Shown: in pieces, positions 9,746 to 20,044 of the stretch
Position numbering within the stretch: position 1 is the stretch's first letter
Layout: the number at the start of each line of letters is the position of its first letter
Origin: an uncultured delta proteobacterium
Lineage (GTDB): Bacteria; Myxococcota_A; Polyangia; Polyangiales; Polyangiaceae
Assembly: GCA_963841435.1 (NCBI GenBank)
Contig: CAWJCS010000005.1
Location: 64,001-128,000, forward strand
DNA: 64,000 bases
Direction: 5' to 3'
Translations under genes and position numbers: made by a program
The notes under the pieces: generated by a model
The model's database searches: none
Told to the model about the DNA's origin: nothing
Seen by the model: the letters and a program-made list of their open reading frames with translations, nothing else

Positions 9746-11242
9746 CTAGCGTTGTAGTCGAATATCGAGGCTCGGGGGCGCCTCGGTTCGCGGGGGGCTC
9801 CTGCGCGCCGCGGGCACGCTCTTCGCGGGGGCTTTTCGGGCACTCGTGACGCTCGCGGGCGGCTCGGACACCCCGTGCGCCGATGCCCCGGGCTCGGCAG
9901 CCGCGGCGCTCTCCGCGGGTGCCGCCGCGGCGCTCTCCGCGGCGCTGTCCGCGGGCGAGGCGGCCGAAGGGGCTTCCGGAGGCGCCGGCGTCGCGGGCTC
10001 GGCAGCGACGGGCAGCGACGGGCTCGCGGTGGCGCGCGACGGCGCTTCCGCCGCACTCTCCGGGCCGCGCATCCTCAAGAGCGCGAGCACGGCGAACACC
10101 AGGGCCAGCGTGCCGACGGCGGTCAAGAGGACGATCGGCCACACGCCGTGGCGCTGCACGCTCGGAGGCGTGGCGGTCGTCGGGCTCCCCGTGAGGCCCG
10201 TCGGTAGGACGAGCGTCGGCGCGGCGGGCGGCATGAGCAGCGGATCGTCGCCCATCGCCGAGACGACCGAATCGGAACCCGGTCGCGCAGGCGCGGGCGC
10301 GGGCGCGGTGTCGCGCTGGCCGAGCTCGGCCTCGGGCACGGCAACGAGCGGGAGCGGCGCTTCGTCCGTGATGGGGGCGATGCGCTGGGTCATCCCACAG
10401 AGCGCCGCGAGCGACTCACCGAGCTCGCTGGCGGTCGCGAAGCGCTCGGCGGGAATCCGCGAAAGCGCCCGCGCCATCCAGTCGTCGAAGCCCGGCGGCA
10501 CGTCGGGTGCGAGCTCCGACGGCACGGGAATCGGCCCCGTGCAAAGATTGACGAGCACGTCGCCCACCGCTTCCCCCCGGAAGGGCAGGCGCCCGACGAT
10601 GCAGCGAAAAGCAATCACGGCTACCGACCAGAGATCGGTGCGATGATCGACCGAGCGCAGGCCTCGCGCTTGCTCCGGGCTCATGTACGACGGCGTGCCG
10701 AGCACATGGCCGGTGCGCGTAGAACTTTCCCCGTCGGTGTCGTCCGCAATCTTCGCGATACCGAAGTCCACCACCTTGGCGATGTCGGCCCCATCCTCTT
10801 CGTCCCGCATCAAGAACACATTTTCGGGTTTGAGATCGCGATGCACGATCCCGACCGAGTGCGCCTTGGCGAGCGCCCGACAGATCTGCAGGACGACGCG
10901 CGCGGTGTCTGCGGCCGGGAGCCTCCCCACGCGCTCCAAGCGCTTGTCGAGCGGCTCGCCCGAGAGGTACTGCATCACGATGAAGGGGCGACCGTCGGGT
11001 CCGACGCCGTAGTCGTAGACCTCGACCACGTGCTTGCTTTGCAGCTTCGCGGCTGCCCTCGCCTCGTTCTCGAAGCGCTTGCGCGAATCGGCGCTCTGGA
11101 TGTGCTCGGCATCGATCAGCTTCACGGCGACACGGGTGCCGAGCGTCTGATGAACACCTTCCCAGACAGACCCCATGCCGCCGCGACCGAGCAGGCGCGT
11201 GAGCCGGTATTTGCCCGCGATCACCGCGGTTCGGCTACTCAC
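9746..11242 (-). CDS. Membrane Ser/Thr protein kinase
   Basis: [32 protein letters not shown] helix followed by an Ala/Pro-rich tail; start approximate. Confidence 0.95.
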   Translation of the reverse strand: MSSRTAVIAGKYRLTRLLGRGGMGSVWEGVHQTLGTRVAVKLIDAEHIQSADSRKRFENEARAAAKLQSKHVVEVYDYGVGPDGRPFIVMQYLSGEPLDKRLERVGRLPAADTARVVLQICRALAKAHSVGIVHRDLKPENVFLMRDEEDGADIAKVVDFGIAKIADDTDGESSTRTGHVLGTPSYMSPEQARGLRSVDHRTDLWSVAVIAFRCIVGRLPFRGEAVGDVLVNLCTGPIPVPSELAPDVPPGFDDWMARALSRIPAERFATASELGESLAALCGMTQRIAPITDEAPLPLVAVPEAELGQRDTAPAPAPARPGSDSVVSAMGDDPLLMPPAAPTLVLPTGLTGSPTTATPPSVQRHGVWPIVLLTAVGTLALVFAVLALLRMRGPESAAEAPSRATASPSLPVAAEPATPAPPEAPSAASPADSAAESAAAAPAESAAAAEPGASAHGVSEPPASVTSARKAPAKSVPAARRSPPRTEAPPSLDIRLQR

Positions 11243-11393
11243 TGCTCGCCCTCGTTCTGGGTCGGCCAAGGCGCATTCAGGGTACCGTTTCGAGCGGGCC
11301 GCTGCCACGACTTCGCCGCGGCGCCCCTTGTTTGGGGGGGTCCGTAGGTGCCAGTAGTAGTAGGTGGGCTCCCGAGGGTAGGATTATTGGGGC

Positions 11394-12131
11394 ATGACTC
11401 GCCACTTTCGCTTGGGTCTCCTACTTTCGCTCGGCACGGGCTGCTCGGGCTGCTCGTTCCTGTTCATGGATGCCGCCCCCGAGCACCGTGACCAGCTCGT
11501 CTATTTCGACTGCACGTTGACCGCCGGACCGATCGTCGCCGACGGCACCGTGGGGGCCCTGACGGGCCTGGTAGCGGCCGCAGAGATTTCGACCACGAAC
11601 AACACGCAAGCGAACACGAACGCCGCGGCCTTCGACCTCGCGCTCACCGGCCTGTTCGCGAGCTCGATGGTCTATGGAATCGTACGCACCAGCCAGTGCC
11701 GGGAGGCGAAGGCCGAGCTCCGACACCGGCTCATCGAGCTTGCCACGCGCGACGCCAAGGCCCGCGCCGACGAGGCGCGCCGGCAGAGGGCCGAAGCACG
11801 CGCCGCCCTGGCCGGAAGCAGCGCCACCGCCTCCGGGCCGCCCGAGGAGCTGCCCCGGGCCGCCCCCGCAGAAAGCGGCGCGCTTCCCGAAAGCACGCTG
11901 CCGCCGATTCCACCGCCGAGCCCGGCGCCCACACCGCCCGAACGAAGCGCGCCCCCCGCGACGCCGCCCGCCGGCCCGCCCCCCGCAAAGCCGGCGCCGC
12001 CCACGGCCGCGCCACCCGCGGCTCCGACACCGAAGGCGCCCGCCAAACCGCCGAGCGCCGCACCTCGCGCGCCCGCGCCGGCGAGCTCGAGCGCGCCGAC
12101 GCCGGGGCCCGTCGGCACGGCATCGTTCTGA
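11394..12131 (+). CDS. Hypothetical lipoprotein/membrane protein with Pro-rich C-terminus
   Basis: Lipobox-like GTGC/SGC, two hydrophobic segments, Cys pair, Pro/Ala tail. Confidence 0.6.
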   Translation: MTRHFRLGLLLSLGTGCSGCSFLFMDAAPEHRDQLVYFDCTLTAGPIVADGTVGALTGLVAAAEISTTNNTQANTNAAAFDLALTGLFASSMVYGIVRTSQCREAKAELRHRLIELATRDAKARADEARRQRAEARAALAGSSATASGPPEELPRAAPAESGALPESTLPPIPPPSPAPTPPERSAPPATPPAGPPPAKPAPPTAAPPAAPTPKAPAKPPSAAPRAPAPASSSAPTPGPVGTASF

Positions 12132-12201
12132 AACCGGCGCGCCCCGCTCGTGGCAAGGCGGCCCGACCCTGCTGAGGGGGGCAACCGCTGAGCGATGCCG
12201 C

Positions 12202-13542
12202 TCAGCGCGGCGGAAAAGCCGTGTGGTAGAGCGGCACGCCCGCGGGCGCCGGGAACAGTGCGACCCTGAGCTCGCTGTCGAGCTCGGTACTGGTCACGAC
12301 CATGGCGGGTGTCACGGGGCTACCGGGGTCACTGCTCTCGGTGAGCTGGTCTGGAGCGAAGCGGCCGATCGCCGTGCTGCTGTAGGAGATCCAAAGTCCG
12401 CCGCCTTCGTCGAACGCGCCTCGATCGAGCAGCGTGAGCACGCCGACGACGAAGCTCACCTCGGACACGACGCTCTCGTCGCCGCTCCCATCGAGATCTG
12501 CCGCGCTGACCTCGAAGATCACGTTGCCACCGAAATCGAAGCCCCAGAGGTTGCCGCTCGCATCGAAGGCGAGACCGGTCGCGCCGAGATCGGCGCTGTC
12601 GCCGGCGTTGCGCGCCGTCAGGGTCAGATCGGGCGCCGTGGCGTCGGACAAGTGATCCGCGTCGAAGCGCAGGATCTTGCCGCCCGCTGCCGCCCAGAGA
12701 TTGCCGGCGGCGTCGAACGCGAGGTCCTCCGGGTCGTCGTCCGACGCGAGCGCGGCGGAGGATGCCGCGTCGCCCGAGCGAGCGAGCGCGCTCGAAGGCA
12801 GCCTAAGGAGCCGGCCGCCGCAGCCCGCGAGCCACAGGTTACCGGAGCCGTCGAACGCCATCGCCTTGAGCGCGGGGATGCAATCGATCTCGGGCACGTT
12901 GATCTCGCGATCGAAGCTCTTCGTTCCCGAGCTCCCGAGGTCGTCGGCGGGCAGCCGCACGAGCATGGTCTCGGCGAGCGTTGCGCCCATGCTCCAGAGG
13001 TTCCCGTCGCGATCGAAGGCGACGTCCTTGCCGACGGGCGCGTCGCCCACGACACTCGGGTCTATACTGTCCGTCGCCTCGAGCTGGGACGAGGCGAAGC
13101 CGCGCAGATTGCTGGTCCAGAGCTTGTTGCTGCTGGGGATCGCCGCGTAATCGACGGTGACCTCGTGCGTCATGCCGTCCCCGAGGCAGAACGAGCCGGA
13201 GCGGACGACCGGATCGAACACGGTTTTCACGATGGGGTCGTCGTCGACCACGCGCCGCGCCACGACCGTGACGTCGCCGCTGTCGAGGTCGAGCTCCGTG
13301 CTTTCGGTAACCGCGACGGGCGATGCCCCCGCCGGCGTGACGACAACGTCGGCGTCGACGCCCGACGGGAGGTTCACCGTGATGGAGACGGTGCCCTTGC
13401 CGTCCGTGGGGCACGCCGAAGAGCCGCCGCCGCCGCCTTCCCCGGCAGCGCCGGGACCCGATGAGTCGTCGTCGCCTCCGCCGCACGCGGCGAGGACCGT
13501 GAAGATCGTGAGCGCGAGACCGATGCCGAAAGTTTTGTTCAT
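12202..13542 (-). CDS. Lipoprotein with beta-propeller (NHL/Vgb-like) repeats
   Basis: Lipobox LAAC, Gly-rich linker, five AFDxxG(N/G)LW repeats. Confidence 0.8.
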   Translation of the reverse strand: MNKTFGIGLALTIFTVLAACGGGDDDSSGPGAAGEGGGGGSSACPTDGKGTVSITVNLPSGVDADVVVTPAGASPVAVTESTELDLDSGDVTVVARRVVDDDPIVKTVFDPVVRSGSFCLGDGMTHEVTVDYAAIPSSNKLWTSNLRGFASSQLEATDSIDPSVVGDAPVGKDVAFDRDGNLWSMGATLAETMLVRLPADDLGSSGTKSFDREINVPEIDCIPALKAMAFDGSGNLWLAGCGGRLLRLPSSALARSGDAASSAALASDDDPEDLAFDAAGNLWAAAGGKILRFDADHLSDATAPDLTLTARNAGDSADLGATGLAFDASGNLWGFDFGGNVIFEVSAADLDGSGDESVVSEVSFVVGVLTLLDRGAFDEGGGLWISYSSTAIGRFAPDQLTESSDPGSPVTPAMVVTSTELDSELRVALFPAPAGVPLYHTAFPPR

Positions 13543-13608
13543 GAGTGCGTCGGACGATAGTACGGCGGCGTGCGCGCGTCGTCGGCTTTGGCACCTGGCA
13601 AGACGGTG

Positions 13609-14709
13609 TCAGTGCTTCGTCGTGGGCGGCCCGCTGCGCTCCCACGTGAGAGCAGGTAGGCGGGTGTAGGGCGGCTGGTACACCTCGTTGATGAAGTGCA
13701 CCACTTGAATGCCGGCCGACGGCTCATTGCCGGGAGCGAGCAAGAGGTCGTCGAAGAGGCTCTGGAAGTTGAACGAGAAACCAATCGACACGAGCTCGCG
13801 CACGCGCTCCGGCGGATCCGGTATCGGCTTGTAGCCCCGCGTCGCGTAGCCGAACGACACGTCGACGTAGCGCAACCAGCGCAGCGCCTTCTCGCGGTTG
13901 ACCACCTCGAGCGACGCCGGGTGGTAACACAAGAGGTAGGTCTGCCCGGAGTAGTCCTCGGGGGTGTTGAGCGGGCCGTCGGTCGAGAGCGCATGGAAGA
14001 AATCCCGCGACGGGAAGTACATGATCTTCACGCTCACCGCCCGATCGAGCGAGGGCAGGAGCATCAGCGCAAGCGCCGTGCCCTGGCCGCTCAGGTTCGC
14101 GATGACGTCGCCGGCAGAAAAGCCGTAGTTGAAGTGGTAGCCGTCCTTCACCTCGATGGCGCTGAAAAAGGCGGTCGTGAGCAGCGTCGAGCTGATGATC
14201 GAGCCGGTGCGCGAGAAGCCGCCCCACTCGAGGATGCCGGCGAAGCCGCGGTTCATCAGATAGTTCGTGTAGTAGTGACCGAGCTTGTCGGCGCCGCCCG
14301 CGTAGGTGTCGATCCCGAAGGCGCCCTCGTCGAGGAAGACGAAGCCCTTGCTCGCGTTCTTGCGCGACCACCAAGCCGCCGACACCCACGTCCAAGCGGT
14401 GCCGTAGATCGCGCCGACAATCGCCACCGAACCAGCTTTCTTCCACGGGAAGCCCGGGTCGGGGGGCGGAGGCTCACCGAACGGAACGATGGGCCGGCGC
14501 GCCTGCTCGTCGTTTTTCCGTACGGGCTTCGCCGCCACGGCAGCTGTCGCGCTCGATACCGCGGGTCCCGTCGATGCACCCGCGGGCGTGGCGGCGCCTT
14601 CGGTCTGCCCGGGAGCGCCAGCGGGCCCCGTGGCGCCTTCGCTCTGTGCAGCCGCCGGGACGGTGACGGTCAGGCCCCACGCGAGCGCTCCTCTTACCAA
14701 TTTGCGCAT
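13609..14709 (-). CDS. DUF2279/YfiM-like protein
   Basis: GADKLGH, EVKDG, GFSAGDVIAN and EDYSGQTY motifs; signal peptide. Confidence 0.75.
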   Translation of the reverse strand: MRKLVRGALAWGLTVTVPAAAQSEGATGPAGAPGQTEGAATPAGASTGPAVSSATAAVAAKPVRKNDEQARRPIVPFGEPPPPDPGFPWKKAGSVAIVGAIYGTAWTWVSAAWWSRKNASKGFVFLDEGAFGIDTYAGGADKLGHYYTNYLMNRGFAGILEWGGFSRTGSIISSTLLTTAFFSAIEVKDGYHFNYGFSAGDVIANLSGQGTALALMLLPSLDRAVSVKIMYFPSRDFFHALSTDGPLNTPEDYSGQTYLLCYHPASLEVVNREKALRWLRYVDVSFGYATRGYKPIPDPPERVRELVSIGFSFNFQSLFDDLLLAPGNEPSAGIQVVHFINEVYQPPYTRLPALTWERSGPPTTKH

Positions 14710-14873
14710 GCAGGGCCGCCTCGGCAAGCGTCACGCCCCCGGGTAAACGTCCGCTTCTCGGACTCTTCCACGTGAAGCAAGCACGGGCTTTCCTTACCAC
14801 AGCCGGGACCCACGCCCGTACGCGGCCAAAAGGCCGCCTCCACCGGCCGACTGTGCGGCCGCCCGCGTGCCGT

Positions 14874-16280
14874 TCAGAGGATGCCGGCGAGCGGCCCGGA
14901 GTTCGGGTTGCGGTCGCCGACGCCGTCCGTCTCGAGACCCATGGCCTGACAGATCGAGACGAGGAGCTTCGCGTGAGGCTCGTTGTTGAAGCTGAGGAAG
15001 CGACCGGGAACGATGAGGCCGCGCGCGCCGCCGGCGAGCACGAGATTCACGGGGCTCATGCGATGGTTGGTCTGGCCCATCTCGCGACCCCAAACGACGA
15101 GCGTGTTGTCGAGCAGCGTACCGTTGCCCTCCTGCACGCCGTCGAGCGCGGCGAGCAACGCGGCGAATTGCGTCGCGTACCAGGTGTCGATGGCGGCAAG
15201 CTCGGTGCGGTTGTCGCCGTCGAGGTGCGAAACGGTGTGATGACCCTGCGACGAGCCCGCCCAGCTGTGAACGATGGTGCTAAAGCCCCGGCTGAGCTGC
15301 ACGCTCGCGACGCGCGTGAGGTCGCAGGCGAAGGCGTGCGTCACGATGTCCATCATCGCCGAGGTCTCGGCGGGGAAGGTGGCGCTGTTCTCGCGCGAGT
15401 TCGACGCGGCCGCCGCCGGTGCCGTCGTGGGCACGGTGCAGCCGACGGTGGTGGGCGTCGAGCCGATGCGCTGCTCGAGCGCGCGCAGCCCCGCGAGATG
15501 CGCGTCGATCTTCACGTACTCCTCGGAGCCGACGCGGCCGCGCAGGCGCTCCACCTGCGTCATGAGCACGTCGAGCTGAGCCCGCCGCCGCGCGGCCGCG
15601 GCGTCGGTCATCTGCGGCGTCTGGTCGATGGGCGTGCCGAACAGGCGGTTGAAGGCCGCCTGCGGGTTGGTCTCCGGGTGAAGCGGCTGGTTTTCGCCCT
15701 TGTAAATCATCCTGTGCTTGCTGTCGGGCTGCAGGCACTGCACGCCGAGCTCGAGCGTGCGATAGGGCGTCTCCTGGGCCGGGTCGTCAACCGTGCGGGC
15801 GTAGGGTGCCTCGGGTCCGGTGGCGAGCGCGATCATCTGATCGATCGACGGGCCGCTGCCCCAACCCGTGCGGTTGCCGTTGCCGCCGTCGAAGTTGGCG
15901 TCGGCGGTCGGGCCGTTGAGCGTGGCGCCGCTCCACAGGCCGGACATGCCGAACGCGTGCTCCTGACCAGCGCCCCCCGCGCTCATCTTCAGCCCCCAGG
16001 GCACGATGATCTTCGCTTGGTGCGGCGCGAGCGGCGTGTGCAGCGAGCCCAGCGTGAAGGACGTTTCGCTGCCGGTCGGCTTCCAGTCAACGGCTGCGCC
16101 GCCATCATCGATCGAGGCAGTCCCGTCGGGGCTGTAGAAGAGGAGCAGGCGCTTCGGAAACACGAGCTCCTGACCGCTCGCGTTGAGCAGGGGCAAAAAT
16201 GGCGAGAGCGCGGCGCTCGCCCCGAGCGTCTTCAAGAGGTTGCGACGCGAGAGGCCGGGACCAGTTCTTCTGAATGTCAT
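14874..16280 (-). CDS. DUF1552 (HxxSH) family Tat-exported protein, copy 1
   Basis: Tat motif SRRNLLK, SIDQ, AFACDLTRVA, HHTVSH, EGNGTLLDNT. Confidence 0.9.
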   Translation of the reverse strand: MTFRRTGPGLSRRNLLKTLGASAALSPFLPLLNASGQELVFPKRLLLFYSPDGTASIDDGGAAVDWKPTGSETSFTLGSLHTPLAPHQAKIIVPWGLKMSAGGAGQEHAFGMSGLWSGATLNGPTADANFDGGNGNRTGWGSGPSIDQMIALATGPEAPYARTVDDPAQETPYRTLELGVQCLQPDSKHRMIYKGENQPLHPETNPQAAFNRLFGTPIDQTPQMTDAAAARRRAQLDVLMTQVERLRGRVGSEEYVKIDAHLAGLRALEQRIGSTPTTVGCTVPTTAPAAAASNSRENSATFPAETSAMMDIVTHAFACDLTRVASVQLSRGFSTIVHSWAGSSQGHHTVSHLDGDNRTELAAIDTWYATQFAALLAALDGVQEGNGTLLDNTLVVWGREMGQTNHRMSPVNLVLAGGARGLIVPGRFLSFNNEPHAKLLVSICQAMGLETDGVGDRNPNSGPLAGIL

Positions 16281-18100
16281 GGTGCCACCGCCGTGAGACG
16301 AACGTTGCGGAATGCGTCACTTTTCACGATCGCCGCGAGGAGCGAGCGAACGTTGTTGCCCGACGCCGCGAAGGTTTCGTGGATCGCCTGCATGCTGCAG
16401 GCGTCGTCGGCCGACTCCATGCGACCGAGCGCGAAGCGGAACCACTGATTGGCCATGCAGTCGGCGACCGTGCGGCTCGCGGCGAGCTTCTGGCCGAGCT
16501 CGATGGCACCCACGAACCCACCGTCGAGCTCCGGGGCCCCGTCGAGGATCTCGCCGGACGCATCGACGACCATGCCATTTTCCGTGGCCCGGTAGGCGCC
16601 GATGGCGTCGTAGTTCTCGAAGGCGAGCCCGATCGGGTCGATGAGCACGTGGCAGCCGCCACAGACCGGGTCCGCCTCGTGCTGCTCGAAACGCTCGCGC
16701 GTCGTCGTCGCGGGCGTGGGGGCGGGCGGCGTCGTGTTGACGTTCAAGGGCGGCGGATCGAGCGGCTGGCAGAGCATGTTCTCGCGCACCATGATGCCGC
16801 GGTGGACGGGCGAGGTTTGATCGCGATGCGCATGCGCCGTGAGCACGGACGCCTGCGTGAGGATGCCGGAGCGCTCGCCGGGGTTCAGGGCCACCTGCGT
16901 GCCCGGCACGAAGCCCGCCGGCTGGGTAACGCCATAGAGCGCGAAGAGCGGCCCCTCGGGGAACGAGAACGGTGCCGTGAAGAGCGTGCTCATGAGGCCG
17001 TCGCCGCGGCGCACGACGTAGTCGGTGAACGTCGCCGTCTCCTTGGCCATGGCGTCGGCGAGGGTCGGGTTGAAGCTCGGGAACAGCGCCGCGTCCTTGT
17101 CGAGGCCGACGAGCTCCCCGATCCCGAGCCACTGCAGGTGAAACTCGGGGATGGCGTCGCCGGCCTTCGCGTCCGTGAGCATGCGGTCGACCTCGGACGT
17201 GAGCACGGCATCGTTGACGAGCGTGCCGTCGGCGGCCCGGTCGAAGAGCTCCGCATCCGGCATGGTGTCCCAAAGGAAGTACGAGAGCCGCGAGGCGAGC
17301 TCGTACGGCGAGACGGCGCCGGGCGCTGTGCTCGGGGCCATCGATGACCCGCGATCGACGTGATAGAGAAAGAACGGCGACTCGAGCATCGTCGCGACGA
17401 CCAGCTCGAATGCCGTTTCGGGGGTGCCGCGCGCGAGCTCACCCGTGTAGAGCGCGAGGTACTCATCGTGCTCGGCTTGCTCCAGGGGGCGGCGATGCGC
17501 CCGCTCGCCGAAATGGTCGATGAAGGAAGCGGCGCACGTCGTCCCGGTATCCGCGGCGAGATCACAGCCGGCGATCTCGTTCATGCGGGGCATAGCCTGC
17601 TGGGCGAGCGCTGCGGCCACTTCGTCGTGCTGTTGCACCAGCAGATCGGTGATGGGCGCGATGGCGTTGGAGTAGAAGGGACCGATGCGTTCGTCGGGTG
17701 AGATGGCGTCGGCCGGGGTGCCGGTAATCCCGAGGAGGTCACGCACGGTGTGGTTGAATTGGGAGCGCGACATGCGCCGAAGCCGCGTCCGCCCCACGGA
17801 GAGCCCGCCGCCAGGCTGGCACAGCGTGTCGACGCTACCGCCGGAGCCTGCCGTCACGCCGGTGCCGCCCGTCGAGGAGCCGCCCGTCGAAATGCTGCCG
17901 CCGGTGCTCCCGCCCGTGCCACCCGCTGCCATGGCGCCGCCCGTGCCCTGCTGGGAGCCGCCGCTGCCGCCGCCTGGGGCCGTCGCCCCGCTGCCTCCGG
18001 AAGCGGCCGGGACCGCGCTCGAGCCCGGACTTTCGATCGAGCCCTGGCAGCCGAGAGCCCATGCGACGGTCGGGATCAGGAGCGCGTGGAGCTTGGTCAC
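16277..18100 (-). CDS. DUF1587/1595/1592/1588/1585 heme-c lipoprotein, copy 1
   Basis: Lipobox ALGC, Gly-rich linker, LRRMSRSQFNHTVRDLLG, SPFFLY, ELASRLSYFLW, SPVHRG, CGGCH, FENYDAIG; GTG start after AAGGGG. Confidence 0.9.
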   Translation of the reverse strand: MTKLHALLIPTVAWALGCQGSIESPGSSAVPAASGGSGATAPGGGSGGSQQGTGGAMAAGGTGGSTGGSISTGGSSTGGTGVTAGSGGSVDTLCQPGGGLSVGRTRLRRMSRSQFNHTVRDLLGITGTPADAISPDERIGPFYSNAIAPITDLLVQQHDEVAAALAQQAMPRMNEIAGCDLAADTGTTCAASFIDHFGERAHRRPLEQAEHDEYLALYTGELARGTPETAFELVVATMLESPFFLYHVDRGSSMAPSTAPGAVSPYELASRLSYFLWDTMPDAELFDRAADGTLVNDAVLTSEVDRMLTDAKAGDAIPEFHLQWLGIGELVGLDKDAALFPSFNPTLADAMAKETATFTDYVVRRGDGLMSTLFTAPFSFPEGPLFALYGVTQPAGFVPGTQVALNPGERSGILTQASVLTAHAHRDQTSPVHRGIMVRENMLCQPLDPPPLNVNTTPPAPTPATTTRERFEQHEADPVCGGCHVLIDPIGLAFENYDAIGAYRATENGMVVDASGEILDGAPELDGGFVGAIELGQKLAASRTVADCMANQWFRFALGRMESADDACSMQAIHETFAASGNNVRSLLAAIVKSDAFRNVRLTAVAP

Positions 18101-18125
18101 GCCCCTTGATGGGGCCCGCGATGCG

Positions 18126-19352
18126 ATGAGGGTCGGAACATTCGGGCTTCGAAATGGTGATTCTGTCCGTGCGGAACAATTCCGACGAGGGAGCCTCGCG
18201 CGGCTCGTCGGCGCGGCGGTCGGCACGCTGCTCGTCGCGGGGCACGTTGCGGCGCAGCCCCGCGCGGCGCAGCCCGCAAACGCGGGGCCGAGTAGCGCCG
18301 CGACCGGCGACGCGAGCACGAGCGGCGCCACGCCGGAGATGCGCACGCTCCTCGTCGTGCGGCTCGAGGGCGCGCTCGGCGAAGCTCGCGAGGCGGCGCT
18401 CGAAAGCCTGCTGCGCTCCGAGCTTTCGTCCGCCGGCGTCGAGGTGTCGCTCGCGCGCTCGGACGAGCCGAGGCTCGCCTGGACCGCGCGCGCGCGACGC
18501 GATCGGCGCGTGCTCGTGCTCGGAATCCTCGATGCCCGCGACGAGGGCGCCTGGCGGCTCTACGTCATCGACGCCGCTCGCGGCCGGGCCATCGTGCGTC
18601 GGCTGCCGGGCGGGCTCGCAGCCGACGCAGCGGCGCTCGAGGGCGTGTCGGCGATCCTGAGCTCGGCCGTAGCCGCGGTGCGCGAGGGGCTCGAGGTCGC
18701 CTCGGCGCCCGTCGAGGAGGTGGTCGGCGGCTTGCCCGCCGAGAAGCGCGCCGCGTCCCCGCCTCCTCCGGCGCGCGCGCCGCTCGATGACGAGCGCGTG
18801 GAGACGGAGCCGTCTTCGACAGGCGCGCTCTTTCGTCCGTTCGCTGCGGCGCTCGCGCGCGGGTCGACGCTCGCGTCGCGCGTCGTGCCGGGCGGTGCGG
18901 TGCGCCTCGGGCTCTCGCACGGTCGCCTGCGTCTTTCGCTCGACGCGTCGTACGACACGCGCGCCACCGTGACGACTCCGCTCGGCGAGTTCGACCTCGA
19001 GCGCTGGCTTCTCGGCTTGAAGGCGGGCTACGTCCTTCTGCTCGGCGAGCTCTCGCTCGAGCCGCGCCTCGGCACGGGTGCCGAGCTCCTGAGCCGCCGC
19101 GGCACGATGCCGGAGGCCGGCGTCAGCGCGAGCGGCGATCGCTCCTACGCGCGCTTCACGGCGTTCGCCGGCGTGTGGCTCGGCGTGCCGCTCGGCGCCG
19201 CCGTCGCCCTGGAGCTCGGCGCCGAAGCCGCCTTCGCCCCGCGCAAGGTCCGGTTCGTCACCGAAAGCGGGGCGGAGCTCGACTCGCTGTCGCGCTTCAC
19301 CGGCGTGGCGGCGGCGGGCCTGGTGTTCGGCGCGAGCGGGTACCGGCGCTAG
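18126..19352 (+). CDS. Hypothetical exported protein with possible small C-terminal beta-barrel; ECF module partner
   Basis: Signal-like N-terminus, Pro-rich linker, amphipathic strand-like C-terminal half; directly upstream of the sigma/FecR pair; start uncertain. Confidence 0.65.
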   Translation: MRVGTFGLRNGDSVRAEQFRRGSLARLVGAAVGTLLVAGHVAAQPRAAQPANAGPSSAATGDASTSGATPEMRTLLVVRLEGALGEAREAALESLLRSELSSAGVEVSLARSDEPRLAWTARARRDRRVLVLGILDARDEGAWRLYVIDAARGRAIVRRLPGGLAADAAALEGVSAILSSAVAAVREGLEVASAPVEEVVGGLPAEKRAASPPPPARAPLDDERVETEPSSTGALFRPFAAALARGSTLASRVVPGGAVRLGLSHGRLRLSLDASYDTRATVTTPLGEFDLERWLLGLKAGYVLLLGELSLEPRLGTGAELLSRRGTMPEAGVSASGDRSYARFTAFAGVWLGVPLGAAVALELGAEAAFAPRKVRFVTESGAELDSLSRFTGVAAAGLVFGASGYRR

Positions 19353-19462
19353 GAGCGCCCCCTTCGGAAAGCGGGTGCGGCACCCGGAAACCCGAGGAAT
19401 GCAGCAGGGCTTGCGCTTTGTGCCGACCCGGGAAAGGCCCTGGGGCCCATAATCAGAGAAGC

Positions 19463-20044
19463 GTGGACGTGCCGTTCCAGAGCCCCCCCGACGGTGACCG
19501 GGACCTCGACCTCATGGCGAGCGTTGCACGGCGGGAGCCCGCCGCGGAGCGAGCGATGGTCGAGCGGCTCTCGGGCCGGGTGCGCCGCCTTGCGCGCCTG
19601 CTCGCCGGCACGACGGTGGATGCCGACGACGCCGCGCAGATGTCGCTGCTCGAGATCCTGCGCTCCGCATCCGGTTTTCGTGTCGCGATGAGTCTCGAGC
19701 GTTGGGCGGACCGCATCACGGTCCGCACGACGCGCCGGCTCGTCCGCCGGGAGGTCGAGCACCGGGGGCTTCTGGCGCGCTGGGTGCCACCGGGGGCCCT
19801 GCCCTGGGGCCGCCGCGAGGCTCCGAGCCCGGAGCGGCTCGGTCTCGAGGCGTTTCTCGAGCGCCTCTCCCCCGAGCGGCGCGAGGCGCTCGTGATGCGC
19901 CACACGCTCGAGTACAGCGTGGAGGAGATCGCCGAGCTCACAGGGGCGCCAATCGGCACCGTGAAGGACCGCCTGGTGTCGGCGCGCAAGGAGCTCCGGC
20001 GCGCCCTCGAGCGCGAGGCCGCGCGCGGCGGGAGGCGGTCATGA
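19463..20044 (+). CDS. ECF RNA polymerase sigma factor
   Basis: Region 2 DADDAAQMSLLEI and WADRIT; region 4 YSVEEIAELTGAPIGTVKDRL. Confidence 0.9.
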   Translation: MDVPFQSPPDGDRDLDLMASVARREPAAERAMVERLSGRVRRLARLLAGTTVDADDAAQMSLLEILRSASGFRVAMSLERWADRITVRTTRRLVRREVEHRGLLARWVPPGALPWGRREAPSPERLGLEAFLERLSPERREALVMRHTLEYSVEEIAELTGAPIGTVKDRLVSARKELRRALEREAARGGRRS

